DNA of 64,000 nucleotides from Nemertoderma westbladi (Eukaryota > Animalia > Xenacoelomorpha). The stretch spans positions 1-64,000 of the forward strand of contig JAUCBJ010001398.1 in assembly GCA_032718475.1 (NCBI GenBank), read 5' to 3'. Position 1 is the stretch's first letter, and every line of letters starts with the position of its first letter. The notes beneath the pieces were generated by a model. The model was not told the origin of the DNA. It did no database searches and saw only the letters and a program-made list of their open reading frames with translations. Positions 1 through 12,976 of this stretch are shown piece by piece. The translations under genes were made by a program, and so were the position numbers.

Positions 1-760
1 TATTAAAAACACCCCGTTCTTCGAAAGAGAGTGCTCAAAAGAAAATAAAATTATCGGATTCCTATTAGAAACGTTTACTATTATATATAATTGATTATAA
101 TTACAAATAACTTAACTATAACTTTATATACAGTAGTTATAAATAATAACTACAATGTACTACTATTGCTATTTAATTTGTGCTACCGCTATATAATGTA
201 ATACTTATATTTGTGGATTTGTGCTATATTCGACATGTAAAGTTGTACTTGAAAATAACCAAATTATTGAAGATATATGAAGATAACATACTTCGTGTCA
301 CCTTTTCATTCCTTTCTCTTAGATAACTGTGCAGAACGTACTATTTGCAATAAATTGAGACTAATCGCAATGTAAATCAGTTGATCTTTAGGTAAAGGAT
401 CTTTTGATTTTCTTTATCTAAAAAGATCAACGGATCTACAGTACGATTATGACATCGCAAGGCACCTTCCTTCCTTTTCTGGATAAATTGAATTTTCACC
501 AAACACCAAATTCTAGTTTCTGTCCAACTTGGTGGTAGATTTGTTGTTTGTGTTCGGATTAAATTGGATTTTAACTATAATCTAACTATAAATGATAATC
601 TAAACTGTAGTATAACCATACCCCTAGTCGATTTTTCACAATTATTGATGGTTCTGGTCTGTACAGGCACAATGTATGTTAAAATTGGAGTAAACGTGTT
701 CAGCCTCCAGTGGATCTTCACTGCTGCACGGTTGCACGGCCTTTAGTACAGTAGGCCTTG

Positions 761-1506
761 GGCAGCAGTGATCAGGCCCGGGACGGTAGGTAATTTAAGG
801 GTTTCTGCTAATAATGGCATGGAATAGTGATTATGGTTTAAAATCATTTCTCAGTGAAGCTGTTGCGCAAAATTGGTCTAGAAAAGAGTTGCTGCCTGCA
901 GCAAAATCTAAATTTGGTCAGTATCCTTGGTCAATGAGAAGTTTGGATCGGCGTCTGAAGTTTTTTGAAATCAGTTACATCAATTATAATGTTGATATTC
1001 AAACTATTCGCAAGGCTTTAAAGAAGGAGATGGAGGGTCCTGGAAAACATTTAGGATATAGAGCCATGAATTTGAAGCTTCGTTTACGGTTTTCTAGTCG
1101 TCGTTTTTCCAGCACATCCGGGTACTCTTCTCTCATTATTTCATATACAATATCACGAGGAACACATATATTGTAAACAGTGCGAAGCTTCAAATTCATG
1201 GCTCTATATCCTAAATGTTTTCCAGGACCCTCCATCTCCTTCTTTAAAGCCTTGCGAATAGTTTGAATATCAACATTATAATTGATGTAACTGATTTCAA
1301 AAAACTTCAGACGCTGATCCAAACTTCTCATTGACCAAGGATACTGACCAAATTTAGATTTTGCTGCAGGCAGCAACTCTTTTCTAGACCAATTTTGCGC
1401 AACAGCTTCACTGAGAAATGATTTTAAACCATAATCACTATTCCATGCCATATTATTAGCAGAAACCCTTAAATTACCTACCGTCCCGGGCCTGATCACT
1501 GCTGCC
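761..1506. repeat. Near-perfect long inverted repeat (arms 761-1082 and 1183-1506, 100-bp spacer)
   Basis: Arms are reverse complements; I noticed one 2-bp indel and one substitution (CGG/CAG). This explains the near-identical ORFs 814..1176(+) and 999..1499(-). Confidence 0.95.
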
Positions 1507-1810
1507 GCATTGTACCTACAAGATTTGTATGTAGGCCTACTGATGTAGGCTCGTAGCTTGAATTTCAGTACCGGAATACTGAAACTAATCTCGAACTACA
1601 GGATACTGGAAGCCTACCGGTACAGCAAAACAGTATGTTAGTTAATGATACTGCAGGAAATACACATTTTGGCAGCTGTAGGCCATGTTTCCATGTGTTT
1701 GAAAGTATTTGGCAGCAGTCGGCCACGTGTGAATTCAATTTTACTTTGCAATTTTTTTTTCTATTTCGCTGTGGCCGAGTACTGCCACCTATACAGTATA
1801 AACTGCAGTG

Positions 1811-2538
1811 ACCAGCTCGACTGACCAGCAGGCGCGGCTGGACGTTTCGGTGAGTGGCTTCTGGGGCAACCGCTTCCAGAGGACCTTCATCGACGTTTCA
1901 GTATTTAACCCGCTGGCCGCTACGAACGCCGCCATGTCTTTGGATGCCGCCCATCGCCATCACGAGGACCGAAAGATCCGGAAGTACGAGGAGCGGGTGA
2001 GGGAGGTTGAACACGGCAACTTCACTCCCCTCATCTTCACGGCTTTCGGCGGGATGTCCAAAGCCGCCACGCAGTTTGTTACTCGCCTGGCCCACAAGAT
2101 CGCAGACAAAAGGGAGGTCCGGTACTCCGACAGTATCACCTGGGTTCGCCGGCGACTGAGTTTCGCGTTGCTGAGGTCGTCGCTGCTCTGTTTGCGTGGC
2201 TGTAGATCAGCTTCTCGCCGCCCAGTCCGCTGCAATATCGCGGAGGCGTCCATTCTCCTGGCGAATGCAAACTCGGACCCAACAGGCTGAATGGCAGTGC
2301 AGTGGTAGGCAGTGCAGTACACAGTACAGCAGTACATACTGTTTGAAATAGCAATCTGGTTGCTAGGCAGCCGTCAAATACAGCTGGTGGTGGTTGTACA
2401 ATTGTTTTTTAAATTTCCCGCGTTTCTCTAATTACTGTTTTTAATTGTTTGTTATAGTGCCTATAATTGTGTTTGTATTTCTGAAGGTTTTTATGATTTT
2501 GTGAATAAAAGTATTAACATAGCAGTGTGCTAGTAATA

Positions 2539-2575
<37 letters not shown>
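1811..2575 (+). mobile_element. 5'-truncated CRE-like non-LTR retrotransposon (RLE C-terminus, 3'UTR, poly(A))
   Basis: ORF RLDVSVSGFW..RTFIDVSVFNP..HEDRKIRKY..FTPLIFTAFGG..WVRRRLSFALLRS is an RLE domain, stop at 2290; AATAAA near 2504; A-run 2541-2576; 13-bp TSD ATAAACTGCAGTG at 1798-1810 and 2576-2588. Confidence 0.9.
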
Positions 2576-2578
<3 letters not shown>

Positions 2579-2652
2579 AACTGCAGTGGTTAGTATTAAA
2601 TGAATACCTGGCAGCTGTAGGCCACGGTGGGTTTAAGAAAAAAATTTAACAT

Positions 2653-2858
2653 ATTTTTTTATTGAATTTTTTTTATTGAATTTTTTTATTGAATTTTTTT
2701 GTAATTTTTTTTATTGGAATTTTTTTTATTGAATTTTTTTATTGAATTTTTTTTTATTGAATTTTTTTTTAATTTTTTTTATTGAAATTTTTTTTATTGA
2801 ATTTTTTATTGAAATTTTTTATTGAAATTTTTTTTATTGAATTTTTTTATTGATTTTT
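2653..2858. repeat. Low-complexity T(n)ATTGAA tandem repeat
   Basis: Repeated TTTTTTTATTGAA units with variable T-run length. Confidence 0.9.
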
Positions 2859-3329
2859 TAACCGATTATTTTTATTAGACATTGATGGTTTATGTGGCAG
2901 CAGTCGGCCACCATAGTGCTATTCCCCAACCGACATCCCTTCTGGCAATTAGGCCGAACCGACACACCTTTTGGATATGTGATAGTGTTAGCCAATGAGG
3001 TTAGCTTATTTAAGGAGCAGACAATAATTAGCGCAATAATTTTTATTGTCCGTTTAAATCCTTTTTTTGTCCTTTTTTTTTTATTTTTTATGTCCTCCAA
3101 AAATCTAATGTTAGGTTCCATGCTAACGGTTTCTCTACTGCTGTTCTCTCAGGCTATCAGTACCGGTATTAGTATATACTGTATAGCACAATTTTGCTGC
3201 ATATTGTATGTACAGATGTAGGTATAAAGCAGGCATTTCTGTATTTTAGTACCGGCACCGGTACTGCTGTAGGCCTACTGTGTAGCCTACCATTTAAATA
3301 CGGTACTGGTAGGCCTACAGGCTGACCGG

Positions 3330-3935
3330 TTATTTGGGTTAGAAAATCCCGCCTCATCTGTAACCTGCTCCTTTGCCTTTGGTAAAGTGACCGTTTATTG
3401 TTTTGGTTAGAAAGGCCCGCCTCTGTAACCTGCTCCTTTCCTTCATTTTGTAAAGTGACTGTTTATTGTTTTGGTTAGAAAATCCCGCCTCTGTAAGCAG
3501 CCCCTTTCCCTCAATTAATTAAGTGATCGTTTATTGTTTTGGTTAGGAAATCCCGCCTCTGTAACCTGCTCCTTTCTCTCAATTGGTAATGTTATCGTTT
3601 ATTGTTTTGGTTAGAAAATCCTGTCTCTGTAACCTGCTCCTTTTCTTGATTTGGTAAAGTGACTGTTTATTGTTTTGGTTAGAAAATCCCGCATCTGTAA
3701 CCTGCTCCCTTTCTCTCAATTGGTAATGTTATCGTTTATTGTTTTGGTTAGAAAATCCCGTCTCTGTAACCTGCTCATTTCCCTCAATTAGTTAAATGAT
3801 CGTTTATTTTTTGGTTAGAAAATCCCGCCTCTGTAACCTGCTCCTTTCCCTGATTTGGTAAAGTGACTGTTTATTGTTTTGGTTAGAAAATCCGGCCTTA
3901 ACCTGCTCCTTTCCATCAATTTGTAATTGTTTTTG
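3330..3935. repeat. ~60-bp minisatellite, about 10 diverged copies
   Basis: Recurring TTATTGTTTTGGTTAGAAAATCCCGCCTCTGTAACCTGCTCCTTT at ~60-bp spacing. Confidence 0.9.
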
Positions 3936-4217
3936 GCTATAAAATGAGTGTTTGGCTACGTCATGTGGTAATCGATTATCGACAACAACCACAAACTATT
4001 AAATTTAGAGTCTTTTACCACAGGCGCATATGGAATTCTATCTCATAGTCTATAAATCATGGAATCATGGAATGTTTTGGCACAGGCATAGTGAAACCAA
4101 CTGTCCGACAGACCAGAAATCAACAAATGTTGAATGTTTTGGCATAGGCATAATTTAAATCAACTGTCTGACAGTCCAGAAATCAGCAGTCTGACAGTTT
4201 GAAGAAATACATACATA

Positions 4218-4328
4218 AAAAGTCATTAAAAGGACAATAAAAGTCATTAAAAGGACAACAAAAGTCATTATGCACAATTCGTAAAAAAAGGAGGACAAAA
4301 AAAGTCAAATAAAAGGACATAAAAAATC
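4218..4328. repeat. Short AAAAGTCATTAAAAGGACA tandem repeat
   Basis: About 4-5 degenerate ~21-bp units. Confidence 0.7.
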
Positions 4329-6349
4329 ACTGCCAATAATTAGAAGCCTAGAGATACTTCCATACACCATAGGCTGAATGCTGAAACGACACCCCAATTG
4401 GAAATTATGCTCCCGGGCCTGGGCCCTGGGGTATAGTAGTTTGGAGGGAAATTTAATTGAATATCAGTCAGTCAGTAGTTTGATGTCAGCTGTCTGGCTT
4501 TGCCTAGTTACGTGTTGCGGTAGCACAACCTGACAACCAGCTGACCAGTAATCATAACTACTACACTCCTGTCTGCCTGTAGGCCTACGCCGTACAGACT
4601 GACAGAGTACACTACAACTTACAGTCCAGCTGTCTGACAGTGCCATACTGGCATAGGATACTTGTCAGTCGGTCAGTCCTGCAGTTAGCAGTCGCTGTGT
4701 TGTATGTAGAAGAAGCCAACACAGTAGTACTGTATATCTGTATGTGTACATGTCTGCCTGTAGCGCTGTAAGCGTATGGTGCCTGTAGCGCTGTAGGCCA
4801 TGCTGACATTTGTCATGATTGCATGATACCGCAATTCAGCAATTACAACCTAGACTGACATTTTGTGATTTTTACTACTGCAGTACGGCGTGTTTGCAAT
4901 TTGAAGGCCAAGGCGGCAGCTTTGTAGCTGTAATGTTCTGCATCAGTAGGCTAGGCCTATAGGGGTCTAGCTGCCTAGGCCTATGGCAGTTTGGTTCTGT
5001 AGTAATTGGGGATTGGTGGCTGTTAGTTAGTCATATCTTAGTTCTAGCCAGCATTTCCGTTACAGTTTCCAAGCACAGTAGCGCAACTCTATTGACAGTC
5101 TAACATAGCATAGAGTATAGAGTAAGTTAGTAGACTTTACCTCAGTCAGTCAGTACCTGGAGGTAGAGTTTTGTTCTTTCTGCCTGCGGCACCGGCAAGT
5201 AAGTAGTAAGTACCAAGCAGTTAAGTAGTCTATCACTGTACCGAAACTACAACATCGCACCGCTCTATATTATCTTCAGAGTGTAAAAGATAGACTACTA
5301 GACTATATTTCAGTATTTAGACTTCATCTCTATCTTTGACACTTCAGAGTGTAAAATATAGACTACTACAGTCTGACAGTGTACTAGAACTAGACTACTA
5401 TCTTTAGCGACAAGAATTAGAAACAGGTGGCTCCGTCGACATTGGAAATGATGTTTTAGAATACAGGAATATGGTGTTTTTATTAATTATTATAAATGCT
5501 GAAATTGCCTCCAGTTGCCAGTGGCATTGGACATAACATCGTGCAACTGTTGAACGTCCATTTCTCCGCTATTTCACAAAGAAACTCAGATTTGGAATCC
5601 TTTCAACGACAACTGCGGTGCGTCTTGGTGCAATCCTGCAATGTCACATTTTCCAAAGGCTTTTCGCTAAAGGTTTAAAGCAAAAATATAAATTCTGACT
5701 CTCGCACTAAGAAATCGAGAGAACAAACTCTGTTACAAATTGTATGCAGTACGAGAACACGTTGAAGAAATTATGTTATGTATTTATTTAAATTTGTACA
5801 TTTTGCTCAATTGTTAATGGCCACGGGACATTTAATTCACATTTCACACCGATACATTGGAAACTTCTCTTTGTCGCACATCTATGCTAAGCTATTCTAA
5901 AAGTTGAAGTATTATTGCGGTGTGATGCGATAGTTCCGAAGAGGCCGTCAATCAGTCAATGTTAGCTCGTTACATTCAGTGACCAGGATAACATATTGTC
6001 TGTGAAACAGAAGGCGCGATAAATTATCCTAAATTAAAGGTAAGAAAGAAGAATATGGAATAATAGAATAGATAAAATAGAGACGGAACCACATTAGCAT
6101 CATAGATCATAACATTTGGCCGTTGTGAAATTCTGATTTCAATATATTTGTAGACGATATGAAGTAAAAGTATACTTTATATTTTATTAAAGTGTGGGTC
6201 ATCGACCCCTTTTCCATTATAACGGATAAATTTTATTTTTCGCCTAAAAAAATTATACTAGGTTGTATGTAACCCCTTACGTAGAATAGCTATTTTGGTG
6301 TTATATAACTCAAACAATACAGGGAGGACGCATCTCTCTATGTCAAAAT

Positions 6350-6740
6350 ATAGTTTTATTCTTAAATTGTTACTTTTTCGCTTGAATATAGGCCTACCCC
6401 ACAATCGGGAAAAAGTAACCCATAGGGTTGCATTGATTTTACTTTTTTCCCGTCAAAAAACGTAAAATAAAATATTTTTGGTGGAATTTCTTAAATTTTA
6501 TTACACGTGTTGAAAGAGCATCGACGTAGAAAATGTTTGCAGTATTTTGAGAAAAATCCATTCGCACGCTCAAAAGTTATTACAACATTAGTGTCTGCAA
6601 GGTGAACTCCAAAACGGAACTCAATATCCAATATTGCTTTAATTGTAGTTAAGCGGCTCTTTAGTTTCGTAATAAATATTCCATGACCCCTTTATTAACC
6701 TCGCTGTCGTTCGGTAAATAAAATGCCTCGAGAATAGTGA
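6350..6740 (+). mobile_element. Interspersed repeat family A (unclassified non-autonomous element); orientation arbitrary
   Basis: Matches the reverse complement of ~11850-12170 and ~31170-31410 (e.g. AACGGAACTCAATATCCAATATTG), and 6692-6740 matches ~10465-10513 in reverse. Confidence 0.8.
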
Positions 6741-6809
6741 AGAAAAGTTATCCTTTAGAGATAAAGAGTAACTTAAATTGAGTTAAATGAGAACGATATG
6801 TATCTTGTA

Positions 6810-7376
6810 ACACGTTCGTGGGCCTTCGCACAGCACGAGACTCATCTAACCCGAAAAAGATTAGTCCGAGAAAGCTGTAATCCGAGTACTCAAAATTTGG
6901 TCTACTACTTCGTTGGCTTGTCTCAACCAGTTCTATCTAAGCAATGATCATAGGTCACTACTCGAATTTTCAGATGAATCTGATTGGTTCTATTACAGCT
7001 ACTTATATGTTTCTGTCAATTCGTCCCCTAGCGGCAGCCAGAGGAACTATAAAAGTGTCTTTGTGTAGAATTTCTACTTACGTAATGCTCGTAGATCACT
7101 CCTAATACATTTCAGATAAATTTGATTTTTGGTTCTATAAGTACAGCTGCTTCTGCGTTTATGTAAATTCGCCCTCTAGCGGCAGACATATGAACTAAAG
7201 AAGTCTGTTTCTCTGTAGAATTTTGATAGACTACATGTGTACCAAGTTTGGTTCCATTTCATCCATGATTGACCGACTTATTAGTGTTCAAAACTTTCCG
7301 AGGACAACCACGATGGACGGCTCACTAATTGTACTGCTATGCTAAGGCTCACCTGGACTTCGTGGCTCGCCCCACA
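6810..7376 (+). mobile_element. Helentron/HINE-like non-autonomous element
   Basis: 5' ACACGTTCGTGGG and 3' GCTAAGGCT..CTTCGTGGCTCGCCCCACA ends are shared with copies at 8538-8870, ~12490-12720, 29316-29620 and ~37637. GC-rich 3' end and no TSD. The superfamily assignment is inference. Confidence 0.6.
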
Positions 7377-8884
7377 CCCGTTAGTGTGTTAACTATATAT
7401 GTTTACTCTGTTTCGGTCCTATCCAGATGTCTATATAACCTGTTTCTTTACTAACCTGCCTAATATTGTAACATGTTATTATATAGCTGATTATTGTGTT
7501 GCGTTGTATTGGAAAACGACTTAAGTTGATTGATTTTGTTCTTTCATTTGATGGATGATATGATATACAACATAACGTGCCCGTAGCAATTACGTCATAA
7601 TGTAGCAAAAAATGTCGATTACGTGTTATGTAAATGAATGCAGAATGCAGCTTTATTGTATCACTCGTGAATCACCCCCGCCATAATGTTGTCAAGGGTT
7701 GTTACTGACACGCAATACTGTATAACTTTATTTTCCATAACTCTGTGTTCCTTCATATTTTACTTAGGTATTTGGTTATCATCATGTTGGCTCCCATTGT
7801 ATAACAGACTAGTATTGCTGGTTCTATTATTGATTTTTAATTTCTCCACTAAATCAATCGTCCGTGAATCGTATATAAGAGGATAGGACTTAATATAAAG
7901 GTGAGTTAAATTAATTAATTATTGTTATTTATTAACTTGGTGGTCCAGGACTGATATATTCACTGACTGAATCAGTATTCTAAAAGCCCATGCTCTCCAT
8001 TCTCATATTTTGGATCTTCACAATGGTGATGTGTGTGTAATGTATCTACCGTATAATTGTTGTAGTCCTACAAAGTAGTAATTAATCTCCCCCTACCAAC
8101 ATTTTATGTGGGACTGAGTCTTTCTACACAGTATATTTTATTTGAATCAAATGTTAAACTGTCTTAATTATAATAATAATGGATAAAAAACAAAGTATTA
8201 GGAATTATGAGCTAGTGAAATTTATAGTAATTTAATATTTACAATAAGACTTATTTTCTTTCATATATAAATGTATGTTTTAATTATGATTGTGAATGGA
8301 TAAGTCGTTGTTAATTCGAATCTCTGTTCATGAAAATCTTAATGTTACTTAATGTTGAAATAAAACAATAAGTCTACAAACTGTGAAGCATACCGCCCAT
8401 ACCGGTACTTGTTGGAAGTACTTTGTGTTCTGATCATCGTATCTTTATTTGCACTCACTCGCTGCATTCGTTCGTGTTGGTAACAAACCACTCAGATCAG
8501 GACGCTGTAGTATAAAGACACACTTTAAACACTTTAGTAGGGCCTTCGCGCAGCACGAGACGCGGCTAACCCGAGAACGGTTAACCCGAGAAAGCTTATC
8601 CCGAGTACTTCGTTTCAGTTTGCTCTACTACTTCGTTAGCTTGTCGACTTGTTATATTTAAGCAATGCTCATACTCATAGGACACTTTTACCAAATTTCA
8701 GATGAATCTGCTGGTTGGTTCTATACTTACACGTACGTACAGCTACTTCTACGTTTCTCTCAATTCGCTCCCTAGTGGCAGACAGAGGAACTATTGAAGT
8801 CTGTATGTGTGTACAATTTAGAAACCTTTGACATAGGGTACCACATGCTTGTTTACAAAGTTTGGTGTCGAACGATTTCGAGAC

Positions 8885-8962
8885 AATTTTTTTTCAATCT
8901 AAGTTTTTTTTTCAATCTAAGTTTTTTTTTTCAATCTAAGTTTTTTTTTTCAATCTAAGTTT
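8885..8962. repeat. T(n)CAATCTAAG tandem repeat x4
   Basis: Four direct copies. Confidence 0.9.
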
Positions 8963-9127
8963 TCCCGGTTTAAGTAGTTCAAAATGAAGATGTAATCAGG
9001 TCTTGTAAATGATAATTGAACAGTAATTGTAATTTACACCATCATCATAGTCCCATCAGGACGATAGGTGATGATCCCATAGGTTCATCAGGTCGTACAT
9101 TATTAACAAAGCACTTTGAGTGAATAA

Positions 9128-9355
9128 AGACCGCTTCACATACGATACACTTCGTGGTTACAATGTTGTCACATCGCAGTAACAACGGCGCGGCGAGGGC
9201 GCTGAGAAATCGCTATACTGGTCATTCATATACTGTTACTGTAGATCAGTAGAACGCGATGAGATTGGCAGCGCTGTCAGTAGTCCGTGTGCGTTCAAAA
9301 TGCGACGGAAAACAAAACTGTATAGTCACCGCAATGTGTATCTGTGAACATCGCT
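9128..9355. mobile_element. Degenerate PIF/Harbinger-like MITE
   Basis: Imperfect TIRs AGACCGCTTCACATACGATACAC.. / ..GTGTATCTGTGAACATCGCT, flanked by TAA and TTA. Confidence 0.5.
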
Positions 9356-10429
9356 TTACAAAAATGAGAAATGAGTGAAAAATGAGAAAGTCTGACCATT
9401 AAAAATATTAGCAAGAAGCACTGCTTCAAGATTTATCACTCGAATTTATGAAAATGAAATTTACCACATTGATATCATAAGACAGTACCGGTACGGATTA
9501 AAATAAAGTAATAACACTTCCGCAGACACCCCCTTCCATCTCCCCAATTGCTTTATTTTTTTTTATAAATGTTCTTTATAACGTTTCAGCTACTATTTAA
9601 GAAAAATTAACAAACAGTGATACACATATTTCTTGTTCCTTATTTTTTATTTGTTGTAAGTCACTTTTTTGTCAAATTCATTATTTTTTATGCTAGATAT
9701 TTTTTTCTAATTTTATATAAATGTTATAGAACACGTGTTAGCTATCAATTTTGATAAATATTTTTGTTCTAGAACACTTTTTTGTTCTAGAAGACATTTT
9801 TTATTTTTCTTTTTGGAAAACAAATTCCATCCTACTGTCAGAAGGTCAAATATTTTTTCTAGAAAAAAAAACCTCATGATAAAAGCCTTTTTCATTTGAA
9901 AAAAAATCTAACTATAATATGGGTGTACAACCAAGGTGTATAACCTGTATTTCACTATGGAAGAAGCTTCGATGGACGATATTTATGCTGAAATGGGCCC
10001 AGATTAAAGTGAGAAGAGTAACATTTTTTGTCTTGCTTTCTTATTTGTCTGCTACGTTCGCCAAATAATATCGCTCGACAAAAATTAGGAAAAAAGTCTA
10101 CTTTTTTTGCATAATATATTAATTATTGTTCTTACACTTACTGACTTAGGCAGTAGCACTATTATATTATTTTATTTATTTGGATGGCATTTATTAATTT
10201 CGCACTACCAAATCGCCAGGGTGACATATTTTCCAACTTCACATCGCAGTGCGACATTATTTCTCAGTATGTCGCTACGCCATACATTTTACTATGTATT
10301 TCCAGTAAATCCAGTATGTCAACGCGTCTTTACTAGGTTGTTCTAGAAAGTTTGAGTGCATAACTACAAATAATTCCCCACAAATAAATAAAATTAGATT
10401 CGCCATTGTTCATAATTAGCACATTATAA

Positions 10430-12170
10430 TTATTTATTACATGGGAAAAAAAGTAGAACTTTTTTCACTATTCTCGAGGCATTTTATTTACCGATCGCCA
10501 GCGAGGTTAATAATGGGTCGAGAGAATATTGGAAAAAAATGTTCTACGTTTTTTTTCACATGTAAATACGTAATTTTATTCTTAAATTGGTACTTTTTTG
10601 TTGCTAAATTCTTTAAGGGGGGGGGGGGGGGGGGGGGGGGGTTCACCTCACCCCCAGTCTTTTTTTTTTCATCATATTTTTTTATGTGTTTTCCGATGTA
10701 AAATTTTATGGTGATTCCGAATCTGAAATCAGTTTTTCGATAAGTTCAAGTTATGGCAACTTTTGTAATTTTCACACAAAAATTGAAATTTTTTAATTTT
10801 GGTGCAGCACCACATTTGACACCAAAAAAGACCATGAAACATCCGTAAATGTGAAAATATTTTGATCTACTTTTTAACTACTCAACGGATTTTCGTTCTG
10901 TTTGCAGAATTATGTAGAGGAATATTCCTCGCAAAAATTGTATAGACAGAATTAAAAAAAAATTTTTCAAAAAAAGTTATGGCATTTTTTGTGTAAATAA
11001 TCGCTAAATTTTGGATTTTTCGGTATTTTTTAAACGTATTTTTAAACGGTATTTTTTTTTTCTTTTTTTTTTTTAATTTTATTTATTATTATTAAAAACG
11101 AAAAATGCTATAACTTTTTTTTAAACAAAATTTCAAAATTCCGTCTATACAATTTTTGCGGGGAATATTCCTCTACATAATTCTGCAAACAGAACGAAAA
11201 TCCGTTGAGTAGTTAAAAAGTAGATACAGAAAGTGTCCCAAAAAAGCCAATGCGAGTAAAATGACATTTTAATTTCATCCTGATAACAACTGACCAAACA
11301 TGCACCAAAAGTGAAAAAATTTTCAAATTTTTCAAATATAATCTACTTTTGTGGTTTTGATACCATTACCTATAGGCTAATTTTCGGCGCTGATTCCGAA
11401 AATGGCAAAATATTTGCACATTTATGGGTGTTTGATGGTCTTTTTTCGTGTCAAATGTGGTGCTGCACCAAAATTAAAAAATTTGAAATTTTGGGTGAAA
11501 ATTACAAAAGTTGCCATAACTCAAGAACAAAATACCTTATCGAAAAACTGATTTAAGATTCGGAATCACCATAAAATTTCACATCGGAAAACACATTAAA
11601 AAAAATATGATGAAAAACTGGGGGCCCCGCCCCCCCTTAATAAAACGTACAGCGATATATTGGGAACAAAATAAATTGAATAAATAAATTGAATTTAAAT
11701 TTAAATAAATTGAATTTACTATATTGCTTCCATAGTTACTGCCATTCATATTACTGCACTCATCAACTCCTGATGCTGCCTTACTCAATGTTAAATAATT
11801 TAGTGTTCTCGAATATTTATTATGTAACTAAAGAGACACTTAACTACATAAACCAATATTGGATATTGAGTTCCGTGTTGGAGTATGCCTTGCAGACAAT
11901 AAAGTTGCAATAACTTTTGAGTGTGTGAATGGATTTTGCTCAAATTACGTACAAACCTTTTCTATGTCAATGCTCTTTCAACATGATATTTAATTAAATT
12001 TATGAAATTCGACCAAAAATATTTTATTTTACTTTTTCGTCGGGAAAAAAAGTAAAATCAATGCAATCCTATGGGTTACTTTTTTCCCCTAGGGAAAAAC
12101 CAAAAAAGTGCTACTTTTTCTCCCGATTTTGGCCTAAATTCGAGCGAAAAAGTAACAATTTAAAAATAAA
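10430..12170 (-). mobile_element. Family A copy interrupted by a TTAA MITE
   Basis: Collinear with 29940-31460 once the insertions are removed. Confidence 0.75.
10617..11636. mobile_element. Kolobok-like MITE with TTAA TSD and long TIRs
   Basis: TTAA at 10613-10616 and 11637-11640; GGG...CCC termini; >200-bp imperfect TIRs and an inner inverted pair (10865-10947 / 11143-11225); empty site at ~29950-30015. Confidence 0.85.
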
Positions 12171-12976
12171 AGCTTTTACACTAAAAGCTGTCGCTCGGGA
12201 AACAAAATCACTCGTGCCGTAAGGCTATAATGTGCTATTTTATGAACAATGACATACATTATTTATGTTATTACCAGCCTGTTTTTGCGAGGGTTAATTT
12301 TCTAAAACAACTGTGGAGCATATATTTAAAAAGATTTTCAGTTTTTACCGGGAAATCTTCAATTTGTTCCAAATTCCGAAAATAATCCCGTTTTTTTCTA
12401 GGTTGTTTCCCGGTTATTCCCGGATTTAAGTTTTTCCCTGCTTTTTCAAGGGTTTCCAGGATTTCCCGGTCGTTCAACACCCAGAAATTTATCAATGATT
12501 GACTGACTTATTTCGGTTTTTATCAAAAGTCTGATAGTACCGGTACCGACTGATTTTATCAGAATCTTTCTAAACTTCATACGTACTAAGTTTAGTTTAA
12601 TTTCATCTAGGAATCACCAATTATTAGTGATCAAAAATTTACGACGACGACAGACAACTAGTAAATGGTGCCCATATGCTAAAGGCTAGGCCTATCTTAC
12701 TTCGTAGCTCGCCCCACAATGTAGTGATTAATTAAGTTATAATGAGATATGCTCCTTATCCGAGCTGGAACGATTGCGTTCGTCACCATGCTGCCATGGC
12801 AATGCATAAAACTTTATTAAATCGTAGCGGTCGGTCATTGCCTCGCAGTGTGCGGGGAATACCGGCAACCGATACGAGATGGAAATCCGGTACCGGTACT
12901 CAATTAGATAATAATATAATAAAATTATCATGATAGGTTTTATGTAATATTGCCAACATGAACTTATAATTTAAAT

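Larger units (their letters stand above)
761..2915 (-). mobile_element. Truncated, rearranged IS3EU-like (eukaryotic IS3/IS481-type DDE) DNA transposon remnant
   Basis: Minus-strand ORF has GPGKHLGYRAMNLKLR...VPRDIVYEIMREEYPDVLEKRR, resembling the N-terminal half of invertebrate integrase-core proteins; the DDE core is missing. Motif GGCAGC(A/T)GT(C/A)GGCCA recurs at ~1671, 1711, 2610 and 2896; the last copy ends in CCATA at 2915 (TATGG on minus), which fits TAY..RTA termini as I recall them for IS3EU. Confidence 0.5.

Noticed and set aside
4460-5420. Gene or exon in the CAGT/CTGT-rich region
   Set aside because: Only short ORFs with no recognisable motifs or consistent splice pattern.
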